Origin: Mobula hypostoma
Lineage: Eukaryota
Direction: 5' to 3'
NCBI RefSeq assembly: GCF_963921235.1
Contig: NC_086101.1
Coordinates: 1,612,001-1,676,000, forward strand
DNA length: 64,000 bases
The position numbers and the translations under genes are program-made. Each line of letters starts with the position of its first letter. Position 1 is the stretch's first letter. The notes under the pieces are model-generated. The model saw only the letters and a program-made list of their open reading frames with translations. It was not told the DNA's origin and ran no database searches. Below are positions 1 through 12,214 of the stretch, piece by piece.

Positions 1-905
1 GCGCCCCCGCTCTCCCCCCGCCGTCTCCCCAGCGCCCCCGCTCTCCCCCCGCCGTCTCCCCGCGCCCCCGCTCGCCCCCGTCGTCTCCCCCGCGCCCCCG
101 CTCTCCCCCCGCCGTCTCCCCCGCGCCCCCGCTCTCCCCCCGCCGCCTCCCCCGCGCCCCCGCTCTCCCCCCGCCGTCTCCCCAGCGCCCCCGCTCTCCC
201 CCCGCCGTCTCCCCAGCGCCCCCGCTCTCCCCCCGCCGTCTCCCCGCGCCCCCGCTCGTCTCCCCGCCCCGTCGTCGTCTCCCCCGCGCCCCCGTCGCCT
301 CCCCGCGCCCCGCTCTCCCCCGCCGTCTCCCCCGCGCCCCCGCTCTCCCCAGCCCCCCGCTCTCCCCCCGCCGTCTCCCCGCGCCCCCGCTCTCCCCCGC
401 CGTCTCCCCAGCGCCCCCGCTCTCCCCCCGCCGTCTCCCCAGCGCCCCCGCTCTCCCCCCACCGTCTCCCCGCGCCCCCGCTCGCCCCCGTCGTCTCCCC
501 CGCGCCCCCGTCGTCTCCCCCGCGCTCCCCCGCTCTCCCCCCGCCGCCTCCCCCGCGTCTCCCCAGCGCCCCCGCCGCCCACCGTCTCCCCCGCCCCCGC
601 TCGCCCCCGTCGTCTCCCCCGCGCCCCCGTCGTCTCCCCCGCGCCCCCGCTCTCCCCCGCCGCCTCCCCCGCGCCCCCGCTCTCCCCCGCCGTCTCCCCA
701 GCGCCCCCGCTCTCCCCCCCGGCGTCTCCCCCGCGCCCCCGCTCTCCCCCCGGCGTCTCCCCCGCGCCCCCGCTCTCCCCCCACCGTCTCCCCCGCGCCC
801 CCGCTCTCCCCCCGCCGTCTCCCCCGCGCCCCCGCTCTCCCCCCACCGTCTCCCCCGCGCCCCCGCTCTCCCCCACCGTCTCCCCCGCGCCCCCGCTCTC
901 CCCCG
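1..905. repeat. GC-rich minisatellite, ~29-32 bp unit (gcgcccccgctctccccccgccgtctcccc variants)
   Basis: Direct tandem repetition from the window start; + strand almost entirely C/G/T, so the - strand has dense G-runs. Confidence 0.95.
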
Positions 906-1196
906 CAACCCCTAACTCCCCGACTCTCCCTCACACCTTCCCCGACCTCCCAGCCGCCCACTCCCTGATGGTTTTCCGCTGGACACACCGGATCCGTTTA
1001 CCTGAGAACCAAATACAGAGACTCATTTTGCCGACCGTGGCCGAGACCGGTTTGCCCGTTTCCATGGAGACCAGCGCAGACGCCGAGTTCAAACCTGGCG
1101 CTCGTGGCGGAATGTTCCGGCGCCGCCAGCGCCGAGCCCCGCTGCAGCCCTCCGCCAGGGCCCACTCCCGTCCCATGACCGTCCGGGCAGTGCCCC

Positions 1197-1572
1197 GACA
1201 TCACGGATCCGGTGTTCTCCCGGTAACGCCCCTCGGCCTGTCCTGGCCCCGACATCACGGAACCGGTGTTCTCCCGGTAACGCCCTTCACGGATCCGGTG
1301 TTCTCCCGGTAACGCCCATCACGGAACCGGTGTTCTCCCGGTAACGCCCCTCGGCCTGTCCTGGCCCGACATCACGGATCCGGTGTTCTCCCGGTAACGC
1401 CCCTCGGCCTGTCCTGGCCCCGACATCACGGAACCGGTGTTCTCCCGGTAACGCCCTTCACGGATCCGGTGTTCTCCCGGTAACGCCCATCACGGAACCG
1501 GTGTTCTCCCGGTAACGCCCCTCGGCCTGTCCTGGCCCGACATCACGGATCCGGTGTTCTCCCGGTAACGCC
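1197..1572. repeat. Tandem array of 9 units with core tcacgga(t/a)ccggtGTTCTCCCGGTAACgcc; 171-bp higher-order period
   Basis: The 14-mer starts at 1214, 1268, 1300, 1332, 1385, 1439, 1471, 1503 and 1556; spacings are 54,32,32,53 repeated twice. Confidence 0.95.
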
Positions 1573-1737
1573 GCTCGGCCTGGCCCCGCCCATCGCCAAC
1601 GATTACGTGACGCCCCTGCCTCACGCCTGCCAATCCCCATGAGCCACATATCTCCAGGCGATCACACGATTGGTCCGTCCTCAACCTCTCCGCCTCTCCT
1701 GGCCTCTCCGTCTCCTAGGTAACGGGGTTGGAGCGGA

Positions 1738-1780
1738 ATGTGGCTCCGAGCCTGGTTCACGCTGCTCTCTGCGTTGCACG
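1738..1780 (+). CDS. Ig/5TM receptor exon 1: signal peptide MWLRAWFTLLSALH
   Basis: ATG at 1738, hydrophobic leader, strong donor G|gtgagt at 1781, phase 1. Confidence 0.85.
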
Positions 1781-1833
1781 GTGAGTGAGGGAGTGGGGGA
1801 GTTAGGGAGTAGGGCAGGGAGGAGGGAGGAGGG

Positions 1834-1870
1834 GACCTGACCTGACCTGACCTGACCTGACCTGACCTGA
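1834..1870. repeat. (GACCT)n pentanucleotide microsatellite, ~7 copies
   Basis: Direct reading; lies in intron 1. Confidence 0.95.
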
Positions 1871-2461
1871 CGTAAAGGAAGAAAGGGTAAAGGGGAAAGT
1901 AGAGATGGTGGTGGGTGGGGGTAGAGAAAGGGAAAGTGGTGTGATGCTGGGATGGTCTGGTGAGAGCAGGTGGGGGGGAGGGAGAGAGAGATATGGAGGA
2001 GGGAGAAGGGCGGGGAGGGGTGAGGAATGGAGTGGGGAGGTGGAACCCAATTCTTATCCTCCCCACCCCTGAACAACCCATCCCTGATCCCCATTCTCCC
2101 TGTCCCTCGTTCGCACCGTTGCCTCCCATGCCCCCGTTCATACTGTCCTCTTCTCCCTGTCTTTGTCCTCCTCTGTCGCCTCCCCCTCCCCCACACATCC
2201 TCCCCACTCCCCCCCATCCCATCTCACCCATCAGAATTCTTCACCACCCTCCCTGGCACATAATTTAAGCACTATCAGCTAGCGAAGAGCAGAGTTAAAT
2301 ATCCTCCTTTCGCCCCTCAACAAGCACACAAAATTGAAGCCGCTATGCCCGCCCCCAGCTCCACTGTCACACCATTTCATGGGGCAGATCCCAGACAGGC
2401 ACATGGCAACACTTGTTATTCACCATTTTAAACAAGCTGTTCACAAAGCAATAATCTTCAG

Positions 2462-2812
2462 TTTCTTCACAGTTGCATGCCATGAATCTGAGTGTCCAAC
2501 ATATCTCTGCTGGTCGTTACTCATCTGTTTTACTGGAAGGATACGGTGGCAGTGAGCTCCCAAATAAATCGATGATTAAGTGGTCACTTGTCGTACGTGA
2601 CCGGATTCCCTTGATGGTGCTTCATGTCATTGGATCACCTGATATCCGTTACAGTGACTATTACATCCATCGAATAAATTACAACACAAGGAGTGGCTCT
2701 CTCACATTGAACAATATAGATCTGGATGACCGTGGCATTTATGAAAATACCATAACAACATATGGTGAAACTGTGCAGAAATCTTTCCATATAAAAATTC
2801 TGGATGTCAGAG
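2462..2812 (+). CDS. Ig/5TM receptor exon 2: end of leader plus Cys-less IgV domain (CD2/SLAM/CEACAM N-domain-like)
   Basis: Acceptor cttcag|2462 joins exon 1 in frame with ORF 2473-2919; V-set motifs IKW and GSLTLNNIDLDDRGIYE (DxGxY); no cysteines; donor G|gtatgg at 2813; 351 nt, phase 1-1. Confidence 0.9.
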
Positions 2813-2856
2813 GTATGGACATCTATTCCTATTTTGACTGCTGTTGTTTTAAAAAC

Positions 2857-3042
2857 ACAAACAAGAGGAATTCTGCAGATGCTGGAAATTCAAGCAACAC
2901 ACATCAAAGTTGCTGGTGAACGCAGCAGGCCAGGCAGCATCTCTAGGAAGAGGTACAGTCGACATTTCAGGCCGAGACCCTTCATCAAGTTAGAGATGCC
3001 GCCTGGCCTGCTGCATTCACCAGCAACTTTGATGTGTGTTGC
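2857..3042 (-). mobile_element. Penelope-like element terminus in fold-back form, with degenerate hammerhead core
   Basis: Shares gaattctgcagatgctggaaatt...gccaggcagcatct with copies at ~10485, ~41626, ~49580 and ~55710; ~2894-2946 is inverted at ~2991-3042. Confidence 0.7.
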
Positions 3043-3226
3043 TGTTATTTTAAATCTGTTTACGGCCGCTGCCTGTCTGTCTACGGGATTTTGTAAGTAT
3101 GTGACTAAAAAACACAGCACAATACAGGCCCTTCAGCCTACAAAGCTGTGCTGAACATGTCCTTACCTTAGAAATTACCTAGAGTTACCCATAGCTCACT
3201 ATTTCTCTGAGCTTCACGTACCTATC

Positions 3227-4115
3227 CATAGTCATAGTCATACTTTATTGATCCCGGGGGAAATTAGTTTTCGTTACAGTTGCACCATAAATAATTAAAT
3301 AGTAATAAAACCAATAATAGTTAAATAGTAATATGTAAATTATGCCAGGAAATAAGTCCAGGACCAGCCTATTGGCTCAGGGTGTCTGACCCTCCAAGGG
3401 AGGAGTTGTAAAGTTTGATGGCCACAGGCAGGAATGACTTCCTGTGATGCTCTGTGTTGCATCTCGGAGGAATGAGTTTCTGGCTGAATGTACTCCTGTG
3501 CCCACCCAGTACATTATGTAGTGGATGGGAGACATTGACCAAGATGGCATGCAGCTTGGACAGCATCCTCTTTTCAGACACCACCGTCAGAGAGTTCAGT
3601 TCCATCCCCACAACATCACTGGCCTTACGAATGAGTTTGTTGATTCTGTTGGTGTCTGCTACCCTCGGCCTACTGCCCCAGCACACAACAGCAAACATGA
3701 TAGCACTGGCCACCACAGATTCATAGAACATCCTCAGCATCGTCCAGCAGATGTTAAAGGACCTCAGTCTCCTCAGGAAATAGAGACGGCTCTGACCCTT
3801 CTTGTAGACAGCCTGAGTGTTCTTTGACCAGTCCAGTTTATTGTCAATTCGTATCCCCAGGTATTTGTAATCCTCCACCATGTCCACACTGACCCCCTGG
3901 ATGGAAACAGGGGTCACCGGTACCTTAGCTCTCCTCAGGTCTACCACCAGCTCCTTAGTCTTTTTCACATTAAGCTGCAGATAATTCTGCTCACACCATG
4001 TGACAAAGTTTCCTACCGTAGCCCTGTACTCAGCCTCATCTCCCTTGCTGATGCATCCAACTATGGCAGAGTCATCCGAAAACTTCTGAAGATGACAAGA
4101 CTCTGTGCAGTAGTT
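3227..4115 (-). mobile_element. Rex1/Babar-type LINE, 5'-truncated (RT C-terminal part and 3' tail)
   Basis: ORF 3369-4406(-) contains KFSDDSAIVGCI...LQLNVKKTKELVVDLRR...YKYLG...SFLPVAIKLYN; short (catagt)n tail. Confidence 0.85.
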
Positions 4116-7100
4116 GAAGTCTCTTAAAAGACCCTGTTGTATCCGCCGGCAGCCCATTCCACACACTAACCACTCTGCACAAAAAAACTTACCCCTAACA
4201 TCTCCTCTGTACCTACTTCCAAGCACCTTAAAACTCTGCCCTCTTGTGCTAGTCATTACAGCCCTGTGAACAATCCTTTGACTATCCACACGATCAATGC
4301 ATCTCATCATCTGATACACCTCTTTCAGGTCACTTCTCATCCTCCGTCGCTCCAAGGAGAAAAGGCCGAGTTCACTCAACCTATCCTCATAAGGCATGCC
4401 CCGCAATCTGGGCGCTCTCCTTGGAAATCTCCTCTACACCCTTCCTATGGTGTCCACATCCTTCCATGAGAACATAATAAGAACATAAGAAATAGCAGCA
4501 GGAGTTGGCCATCCAGCCCATCGAGCCTGCCCCACCATTCGATAAGATCGTGGCTGTTCTGTCCGTAAACTCAGCTCCATCTACCTGCGTATTCCCCATA
4601 AACCTTAGTTCCCTTACTATGTAAAAACCTATCTAACTGTTTCTTAAATATATTTAGTGAAGAGGCCTCAACTGCTTCCCTGGGCAGAGAATTCCACAGA
4701 TTCACCACTCTCTGGGAAAAACAGTTTCTTCTCATCTCCGTCCTAAATCTTCTCCCCTGAATCTTGAAGCAATGTCCCCTAGTTCCAGTCTCATTTACCA
4801 ATGGAAACAACTTTCCTACTTCTGTCTTGTCTATCCCTTCCAAAATTTTGTATGTTTCTATAAGATCCCTTCTCATTCTTCTGAACTCAAGAGTACAGTC
4901 CCAGGCGACTCAATCTCTCCTCATAGGTTAACCCCTTCATCCTGGAATCAACCTGGTGAACCACCTCCACACTGCCTCTGAAGCCAGTATATCCTTCTTC
5001 AAGTATGGAGACCAGAACTGTACACATTACTCCAGGTGCGGCCTCACCAGTACCCTGTACAGTTGCAGCATGACCTCCCTGCTCTTGAATTTAATCCCTC
5101 TAGGGTTATCCCTTCCTGTAGTGAGGTGACCAGAACTGAGCACAATACTCCAAGTGGGTTCTGACCAGGGTCCTATAGAGCTGCAACATTACCTCTCGGC
5201 TCCTAAACTCAATCCCACGATTGGTGAAGGCCAAGGCACCTTTTGCCTTCTTAACCACAGAGTCTACCTGCGCAGCAGCTTTGAATGTCCTATGGACTCG
5301 GACCTGAAGATCCCTCTGATCCTCCATATTGCCAAGAGTCTTAGCATTAATGCTATATTCTGCCTTTATCTTTGACCGACCAAAATGGGTTGAACTCCAT
5401 CTGCCACTTCTCAGCCCAGTTTTGCATCCTGTCAATGTCCCTCTGTGACCTCTGACAGCCCTCCACACTATCCACAACACCTCCAACGTTTGTGTCATCA
5501 GCAAACTTACTAACCCATCCCTCCACTTCCTCATCAGGTCACTTATCAAAATCATGAAGAGAAATGTGGAGCATATTAATGGACACTGGATACCCCCCTA
5601 ATTTTCTTATATTATGTTCATATTATTTTTATTGCTTTGGTATTATTGTTGTTATTTTGTTCATTTACAATTTGATTAATATTCAGTTGCACTAGCAACG
5701 GTAATATTTTAGTGGGTTGGTTGATGGTTACAAGGGGCAAAGCTTATACAGGCACTTGGGGCAGCTGAGGGGTCCTGGGGGCACAGGAGTGCGCACGTGA
5801 TGCAGTAGACGGAGACGGCCCGGCAGCATGCATGGTAAGCTGTGTTCCAGTGTTTCCAGGAAGGAAAATAAAGATGTTATTTTAAACTTCTGCACGCCTG
5901 CAAGTCCCTTTTGTGTCCAAGTGTGCAACAGAAAGGTCCCAGAACAGATCCCTGAGGCACACCATGGGTCACCGACCTCCATGCAGAATATGACCCGTCT
6001 ACAACCACTCTTTGCCTTCTGTGGGCAAGCCAGTTCTGGATCCACAAAGCAATGTCCCCCTGGATCCCATAACTCCATACTTTCTCAATAAGCCTTGTAT
6101 GGGGTACCTTATCAAATACCTTGCTGAAATCCATATACACTACATCTACTGCTCTACCTTCAATATGTTTAGTCACATCCTCAAAAAATTCAATCAGGCT
6201 CAAGGTGCGACCTGCCTTTAACAAAACAATACTGACTATTCCTAATCATATTATGCCTCTCTAAATGCTCATAAATCCTGCCTCTCAAGATCTTTTCCAT
6301 CAACTTACCAACCACTGAAGTAAGACTCACTGGTCTATACTTCCTGGGCTATCTCTACTTCCTTTCTTGGATAAGGGAACAACATCCGCAACCCTCCAAT
6401 TCTCCAGAACCTCTCCCGTCCTCATTGATGATGCAAAGATCATCGCCAGAGGCTCAGCAATCTCCTCCCTCACTTCCCACAGTAGCCTGGGGTACATCTT
6501 GTCCAGTCCCAGTGACTTATCGAACTTGATGCTTTCCAATAGCTCCAGCACATCCTCTTTCTTAATGTCTATATGCTCAAGCTTTTCAATCCACTGTAAA
6601 TCATCCCTGCAATCGCCAAGATCCTTTTCCGTAGTGAATATGGAAGCAAAGTATTCATTAAGTACCTCTGCTATCTCCTCTAGTTCCATACACACTTTCC
6701 CACTGTCACACTTGACTGGTCTTATTCTCTCACATCTTATCCTCTTGCTCTTCACATACTTGCAGAATGCCTTGTGGTTTTCTTTAATCCTGCTCACCAA
6801 GGTCTTCTCATGGCCCCTTCTGGATCTCCTAATTTCATTCTTAAGCTTCTTCCTGCTAGCCTTATAATCTTCTAGATCTCTATCATTACCTAGTTCTTTG
6901 AACCTTTCGTAGGCTTTTCTTCTTGACTAGATTTTCAACAGCCTTTGTATGCTACGGTCCCTGTACCCTGCCATCCTTTCCCTGTCTCATTGGAATGTAC
7001 CTGTGCAGAACTCCACACAAATATCCGCTGAACATTTGCCACATTTCTTCCGTACATTTCCCTGAGAACATCTGTTCCCAATTTGTGCTTCCAAGTTCCT

Positions 7101-7440
7101 GCCTGATAGCCCCATCTTTCCCCTTACTCCAATTAAACACTTTCCTAACTTGTCTGTTCCTCTCCCTCTCCAATGCTATTGTAAAGGAGATAGAGTTATG
7201 ATCACTATCTCCAAAGTGCTCTCCCACTGAGAGATCTGACACCTGACCAGGTTCATTTCCCAAAACCAGATCAAGTCCAGCCTCTCCTCTTGTAGGCTTA
7301 TCTACATATTGTGTCAAGAAACCTTCTTGAACACACCTAACAAACTCCACCCCATCAAAACCCCTTGCTCTAGGGACATGCCAATCAATATTTGGTAAAT
7401 TAAAATCTCCCACCACCACAACCCAGTTATTATTACACCA
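4116..7440 (-). mobile_element. Stacked degenerate CR1-type LINE fragments (endonuclease to 3' end)
   Basis: ORF pieces [64 protein letters not shown]; frameshifted. Confidence 0.9.
5565..5930 (+). mobile_element. Solo LTR inserted in a CR1 RT region
   Basis: TGT...ACA ends, 4-bp TSD GAAA (5561-5564 and 5931-5934), AATAAA near 5867; the CR1 sequence rejoins across it. Confidence 0.75.
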
Positions 7441-8253
7441 ATTCGTATACTGTAAAAGTAAACGTGTCCATTCTGCCCACCACATCAATGCTAATCAGTG
7501 GGCTCATTCCATTTTCCATACCTAGGCAATTCCATTTTTGTCCAGGGACTTAAGTGTTGGTAGTGGCATTGCTTTCAACCCTCTCTGCTATCAAATTCCA
7601 AGTGCTTTCTACACTGGCTGAAAAAGGTCTCCATCTTTACATAAACCTATGCTCTCTAATTTTATTCATATCTAATAACATGCGACATGGAAAAGTACAG
7701 TCAGTACAATATTGTGCTGAACAAATTAGTAATTAAACAGCCAACTGAATGCCATGTCCTTATCCTTCCATTTTCTGCACATTTGTGTGCCTATCTCAGA
7801 GCGTCTTTAATGCTTGTATTGTAACTGCCTCCACCATCACTCCAGGCAGGACATTGCAACTACCTACCATGCTGTGTATTTAAAAGAAGACTGCCCTACT
7901 ATCCCTATGAGTTCTTCCCAGTAATTTGCCAATGATCTGAGACTCACAGATTTTTCCTTACCTCAGATGTTGGGCTCATAGATCTGTAATTACTCGTCCT
8001 TTCCCTGTTGTCCTTGTCTTCCAGTCATCCAGAATCTTACTTGTGGCCAGATAAGAAAGAAACATGTCAGCCAGAAGCCCAGCAAGATCTCTCCACACTT
8101 CCACAGCAGCCTAGGGTAAACCTCATCTATTCCTAGGGATTTATCCACTTAAAAGGCCACCAAAGCATCTACTCATGGAGCCGCGCACTAGAACTTCACC
8201 TTCTACCTCACCAGGTCCTCTGTGAATAATGATTCAATTACAACTCTCTCTGT

Positions 8254-8360
8254 ATACACACACACACACACACCTCTTCCCCCAGGCCCTCCATACACAT
8301 GCACACACAACTCTTCCCCCTCCTGCACACGCACACGCACACGCACATACATACACACAC
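8254..8360. repeat. Imperfect (CA)n/(CACACG)n microsatellite cluster
   Basis: Direct reading. Confidence 0.85.
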
Positions 8361-8934
8361 CTCTCCCCCACCCCAATCATTTCAATTTAAATCTATAAAA
8401 TGCCTTCAGAGTTATCTTAATCCTGCATGCTTGGGATATATTTGAGCCACCTTACCGTGTTGATTTTCTTTTCAAGCATCTCCCTATATTTTTCTGCTAT
8501 TTATGGGTCCCACTCATCTTTACCTCTATTCCCGTCGCGTGCTTCCTTTTTTCTCCTTATGCAATTCTTAACTCTTAGTTCACCACATCCCAGGTTCCAA
8601 GTGTTTGTTTGCTTGGTTTTCACCCTTACAGGAACATGATGGCTGTGAACTCTTGTTATTTCTCCTTTCTGCTTGCCACTGTAAAGGTGTAAACTTATCT
8701 GCAAGTAGGTGCCAGTCAGATTTGCACCCATCAATTTGTAGTACCTACCCCAAAATGAGCCTGTGAAAAGCAGGGCCATATCCAAATCAGGTTTAATATC
8801 ACTGGCATATGTTGTGAAATCTGTTGTTATGCAGCAGAAGGACATTGCAATACATAATAAAAACTGTCAATTACAGTCAGCATATATATTTTAAAATTTT
8901 AATTATGCAAGAGGAAAAAAAATAGGTAGTGTTC

Positions 8935-10318
8935 ATGGGATGTGCGTGGCACAACTGGCAGGTGTATTTACAGACATTTTTAATCTCTCCCTCTCCCAGG
9001 GTAGAGTGCCTTCCTGCTTCAAATCATCCCATCCACCATGGTCCCTGTACCTAAAAAGACCAAGGTTACATGCCTGAATGAGTGGTGTCCTGTCGCACTC
9101 ACCTCAATATTGCTTTGAGAGACTGGTCAAGGACTACATCTGTAGCTTGCTACCACCCACACTGGACCCCCTACAGCTCTACACACCGTCCTTACACATC
9201 TGAAGAAGAACGATGCCTATGTGAGAATGCTGTTCTTGGACCACAGTTCAGCATTCAACACCATACTTCCCTCCAGGATCGACAATAAACTCAGAGACCT
9301 CGGCTTTCACCCTGCTTTGTGTAGCTGGATCCTGGACTTCCTGTCAGATCACTGGCAGGTGACAAGACTGGGCTCCCTCATCTCTGCCCCTCTGACCCTC
9401 AACACAGGAGCCCCTCAGGGCTGTGTCCTAAGCCCCTCCTTTACTCCCTGTATACCCATAACTGTGTCGCCACCCACAGCTCCAATCTGCTAATTAAATT
9501 TGCTGACGTCACTATATTGATTGGCCTAATCTCAAATAATAATGAGGCAGCCTACAGAGAAGAAGTCATCACCCTGACACAGTGGTGTCAAGAAAACAAC
9601 CTCTCCCTCAATGTCACAAAAACAAAGGAGTTGGTTGTGGACTACAGGAAGCATGGAGAAAGCTAACCCCTATTGACATCAATGGATCTGGGGTTGAGAG
9701 GGTGAACAGCTTGAGGTTCATCAGCAAACACATCACTGAGGATCTCACATGCTCTATACATAATGGCTGTGTGGTGAAAAAGGTACAACAGCTCCTCTTT
9801 CACCTCAGACAGTTGAAGAAGTTTAGTGTGGGCCCCCAAATCCTAAGAACTTTCTACAGGGGCACAATTGAGAGCATCCTGACTGGCTGCATCACTGCCT
9901 GCTATGGGAACTGTACTTCCCTCAATCACAGGTCTCTGCAGAGAGTGGTGCGGACAGCCCAGCCCATCTGTAGTTGTGAACTTCCCACTATCCAGGACGT
10001 TTACAAAGACAGGTGTGTAAAAAGGGCCCAAAGGATCATTGGGGACCCGAGTCACCCCAACCACAAACTGTTCCAACTGCTACCATCCGGGAAGCGGTAC
10101 CGCAGCATAAAAGCCAGGACCAACAGGCTCTGGGACAGCTTCTTCCACCAGGAATCAGACTGCTTAACTCATGCTAAAACAACTGTATTTCTATGTTATA
10201 TTGACTATACTGTTGCAATGTCCAATGTACCATAAATTGCACATTTAGACAGACATGTAATGTAAAGATTTTTAATCCTCATGAAGGATGTAAGTAATAA
10301 AGTCAATTCAATTCAATG
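8935..10318 (+). mobile_element. Rex1/Babar-type LINE RT remnant with (attca)n tail
   Basis: [56 protein letters not shown]; frameshifted. Confidence 0.9.
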
Positions 10319-10482
10319 TCCATTCAAAAATCTGACGGCAGGGGTGAACAAGCTGTTTCTGAATCATTGAATGACACCATATCTTAGCTTTCTACATTTT
10401 AGGATGATTACAAGAACAGAGTCCCAGTGGGTGTTGTAGCGTGAACGAAGTCGCCGTTGGTAGATATAAAAGTAGTCCAATC

Positions 10483-11750
10483 ACAAACAAGGGAAAATCT
10501 GCAGATGCTGGAAATCCAAGCAACACACAAAAATGCTGAAGGAACTTAGCTGGCCAGGCAGCATCTATGGAAAAGGACTAGAAGGGCCGAGATGGCCTGT
10601 TTCCGTGCTGTAACTGTTACATGGTTATAAAAGAGTACAGTCGACGTTTCAGCCCAAGACCCTTCATCAAGACATAAAAGTGGTCTTTTATTCAACAAAG
10701 TGAGACACTCTCTGGAGGAAGAGGCCTGTTCGACCCAATATTACATGCCATTTAATAGGCCAAGGACTAAAGGACAATTCTATAGTTGCAATGTACTTAC
10801 AATGCTTCCTTTGAATTTTCACACCTTCTTCGAACATGCACGCCAGACACCCAAATAAATGGCAGGTTTCAATTAACTGATGTCCACAGCTTCAGGAAAC
10901 TATTGTCCAGGGCCTCATTTTAAATTTAATCTACAATCAGTGTTCAGATCTAAAGATTGGTTGCTGAAGTTAATATTTGCTATTTAATCTAACTCCTGAA
11001 TATCTTCTAACAGTGGGTAACTCTTGTTGCCGCAAACAGTCCCTGCAGATGAGACAACAGTCCACCTGCGATTCTGTTGGGGTTGTCTGCATTGTTGAGA
11101 CCTGAAGAATATCAGGCAACCACTTTGTTGAGCAGCCCAGCTCCATCTGCAAAAAGCAGGTTTACGCAGTGGCCAACCATTTTAATGTCTACTAGACAAC
11201 GGGGTGACTGGTTAGGGCACCCTTTGAGAGAAAGGCAGTGCAGTCTGATGTGACCAGAATGAACATTAAATTTTCCTGAATGCTATTGGTATTGCTTTGC
11301 TTTGAAAACTGAAGTAGAAAACCTCAGTTTATTAAAGAAGAATGACGCGTAGCAAAGCAAATATAGAAGTTCCTTGTTTAACGAAGGACATTTTTGATGG
11401 CTTCATTTCTGGTTTATCTGCCACCCTTGTGCCTCTCATTGTCATTCTGGAGACATGCAGTCCTTTCATCCCCCGTCTCTTCATCTCTTCTGTTGTTTGT
11501 CTCTGATCCTGGAAACATGCATCCCTCTCCTCCTCTGTCTCTTCTTCTCTCATCTTTTTTTGTCCTGACTCTTTGATCCTGGAGTCGTGCAGCCCTCGCC
11601 TCATCCGATTCTTCTTCTCTCCCTCTCCTTGCCGCTTCCCAATGACGTTTGGCGTTATCTCCATACCATTCATTACCATAGATGCTGCCTGACCTGCCAA
11701 GTTCCTCCAGCATTTTATGTGCGTTGCTCTGAATTTCCAGCATCAGCAGA
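10483..11750. mobile_element. Scattered Penelope-like fragments: termini at ~10483-10675 and ~11678-11750, GIY-YIG-region remnant at ~11040-11190
   Basis: Same terminal sequence as the other copies; degenerate hammerhead core at 10639-10673(-); 11040-11190 resembles the FTC..GV.YC and PVANHFN region of Penelope GIY-YIG endonucleases. Confidence 0.55.
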
Positions 11751-12214
11751 ATCTCGTGATTGAGAACTGAGTTCCGACTACCTGGCTGTGTTCAGTCCCA
11801 TTTGCCAGCTCTTCCCATGAGACCTCTCCATTCATTTTCCTTTTGAAAACCATGTTTTGAATCTATTTCTGCCAGTCTTACAAGAAATGAACAATTGACA
11901 CCTCTTTAATCTCTGCTGCATCCCGCCCCCCACCAGTTGTATACATGTGACCCCCGTTCCTGCCATAGGAACACACACACATCAGAATGAGGATACAAAT
12001 ACAAACAAATCACTAACTCCAAGTACAGACCAAGTGATGTTACAACCCTGGTGCAGTAACTACTTGCCTCTTGGTGTTGTTTGGAAGTGAGGGTAGACAA
12101 GAAATCAATACCCACAATGTTCCATCAGACCAGGTTTGGTTTCCATCGTAAACACAAGAGTTTCTGCAGATGCTGGAAGAACTTAACAGCTCAGGCAGCA
12201 TCTAGGGATATAGA

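Larger units (their letters stand above)
906..1780. promoter_or_regulatory. CpG-island promoter of the Ig/5TM gene, possibly bidirectional
   Basis: CpG-rich; GC box ccccgccc ~1584-1591, TGACG half-CRE ~1608-1612, CCAAT 1630-1634, ATTGG 1669-1673, X-box-like GTTTCCATGGAGAC 1058-1071 and GTCTCCTAGGTAAC 1710-1723; directly upstream of ATG 1738. Confidence 0.7.

Noticed and set aside
906..920. aacccctaactccc as a telomeric remnant
   Set aside because: Only one CCCTAA; no array.
1197..1572. CRISPR-like repeat/spacer appearance
   Set aside because: Intervening sequences are identical or absent rather than unique spacers; the context is eukaryotic and there are no cas genes.
1197..1572. 171-bp period equals the alpha-satellite monomer length
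   Set aside because: GC-rich, only about two periods and no sequence resemblance; coincidence.
968..2268. ORFs 968-1312, 1662-2231, 1681-2217 and 1960-2268
   Set aside because: They arise from tandem repeats and purine/pyrimidine-biased low-complexity intron sequence; no domain signal.
2473..2555. Alternative acceptor cacag at 2472 for exon 2
   Set aside because: With phase-1 exon 1 it enters the frame that stops at 2555; the acceptor at 2461 restores the Ig frame.
3369..4406. 345-aa ORF as a host gene or intact RT
   Set aside because: Chance in-frame fusion of a CR1 3' fragment and a Rex1-type fragment.
11332..11743. Charged low-complexity ORFs on the - strand
   Set aside because: They reflect a CT-rich tract; no splice or domain support.
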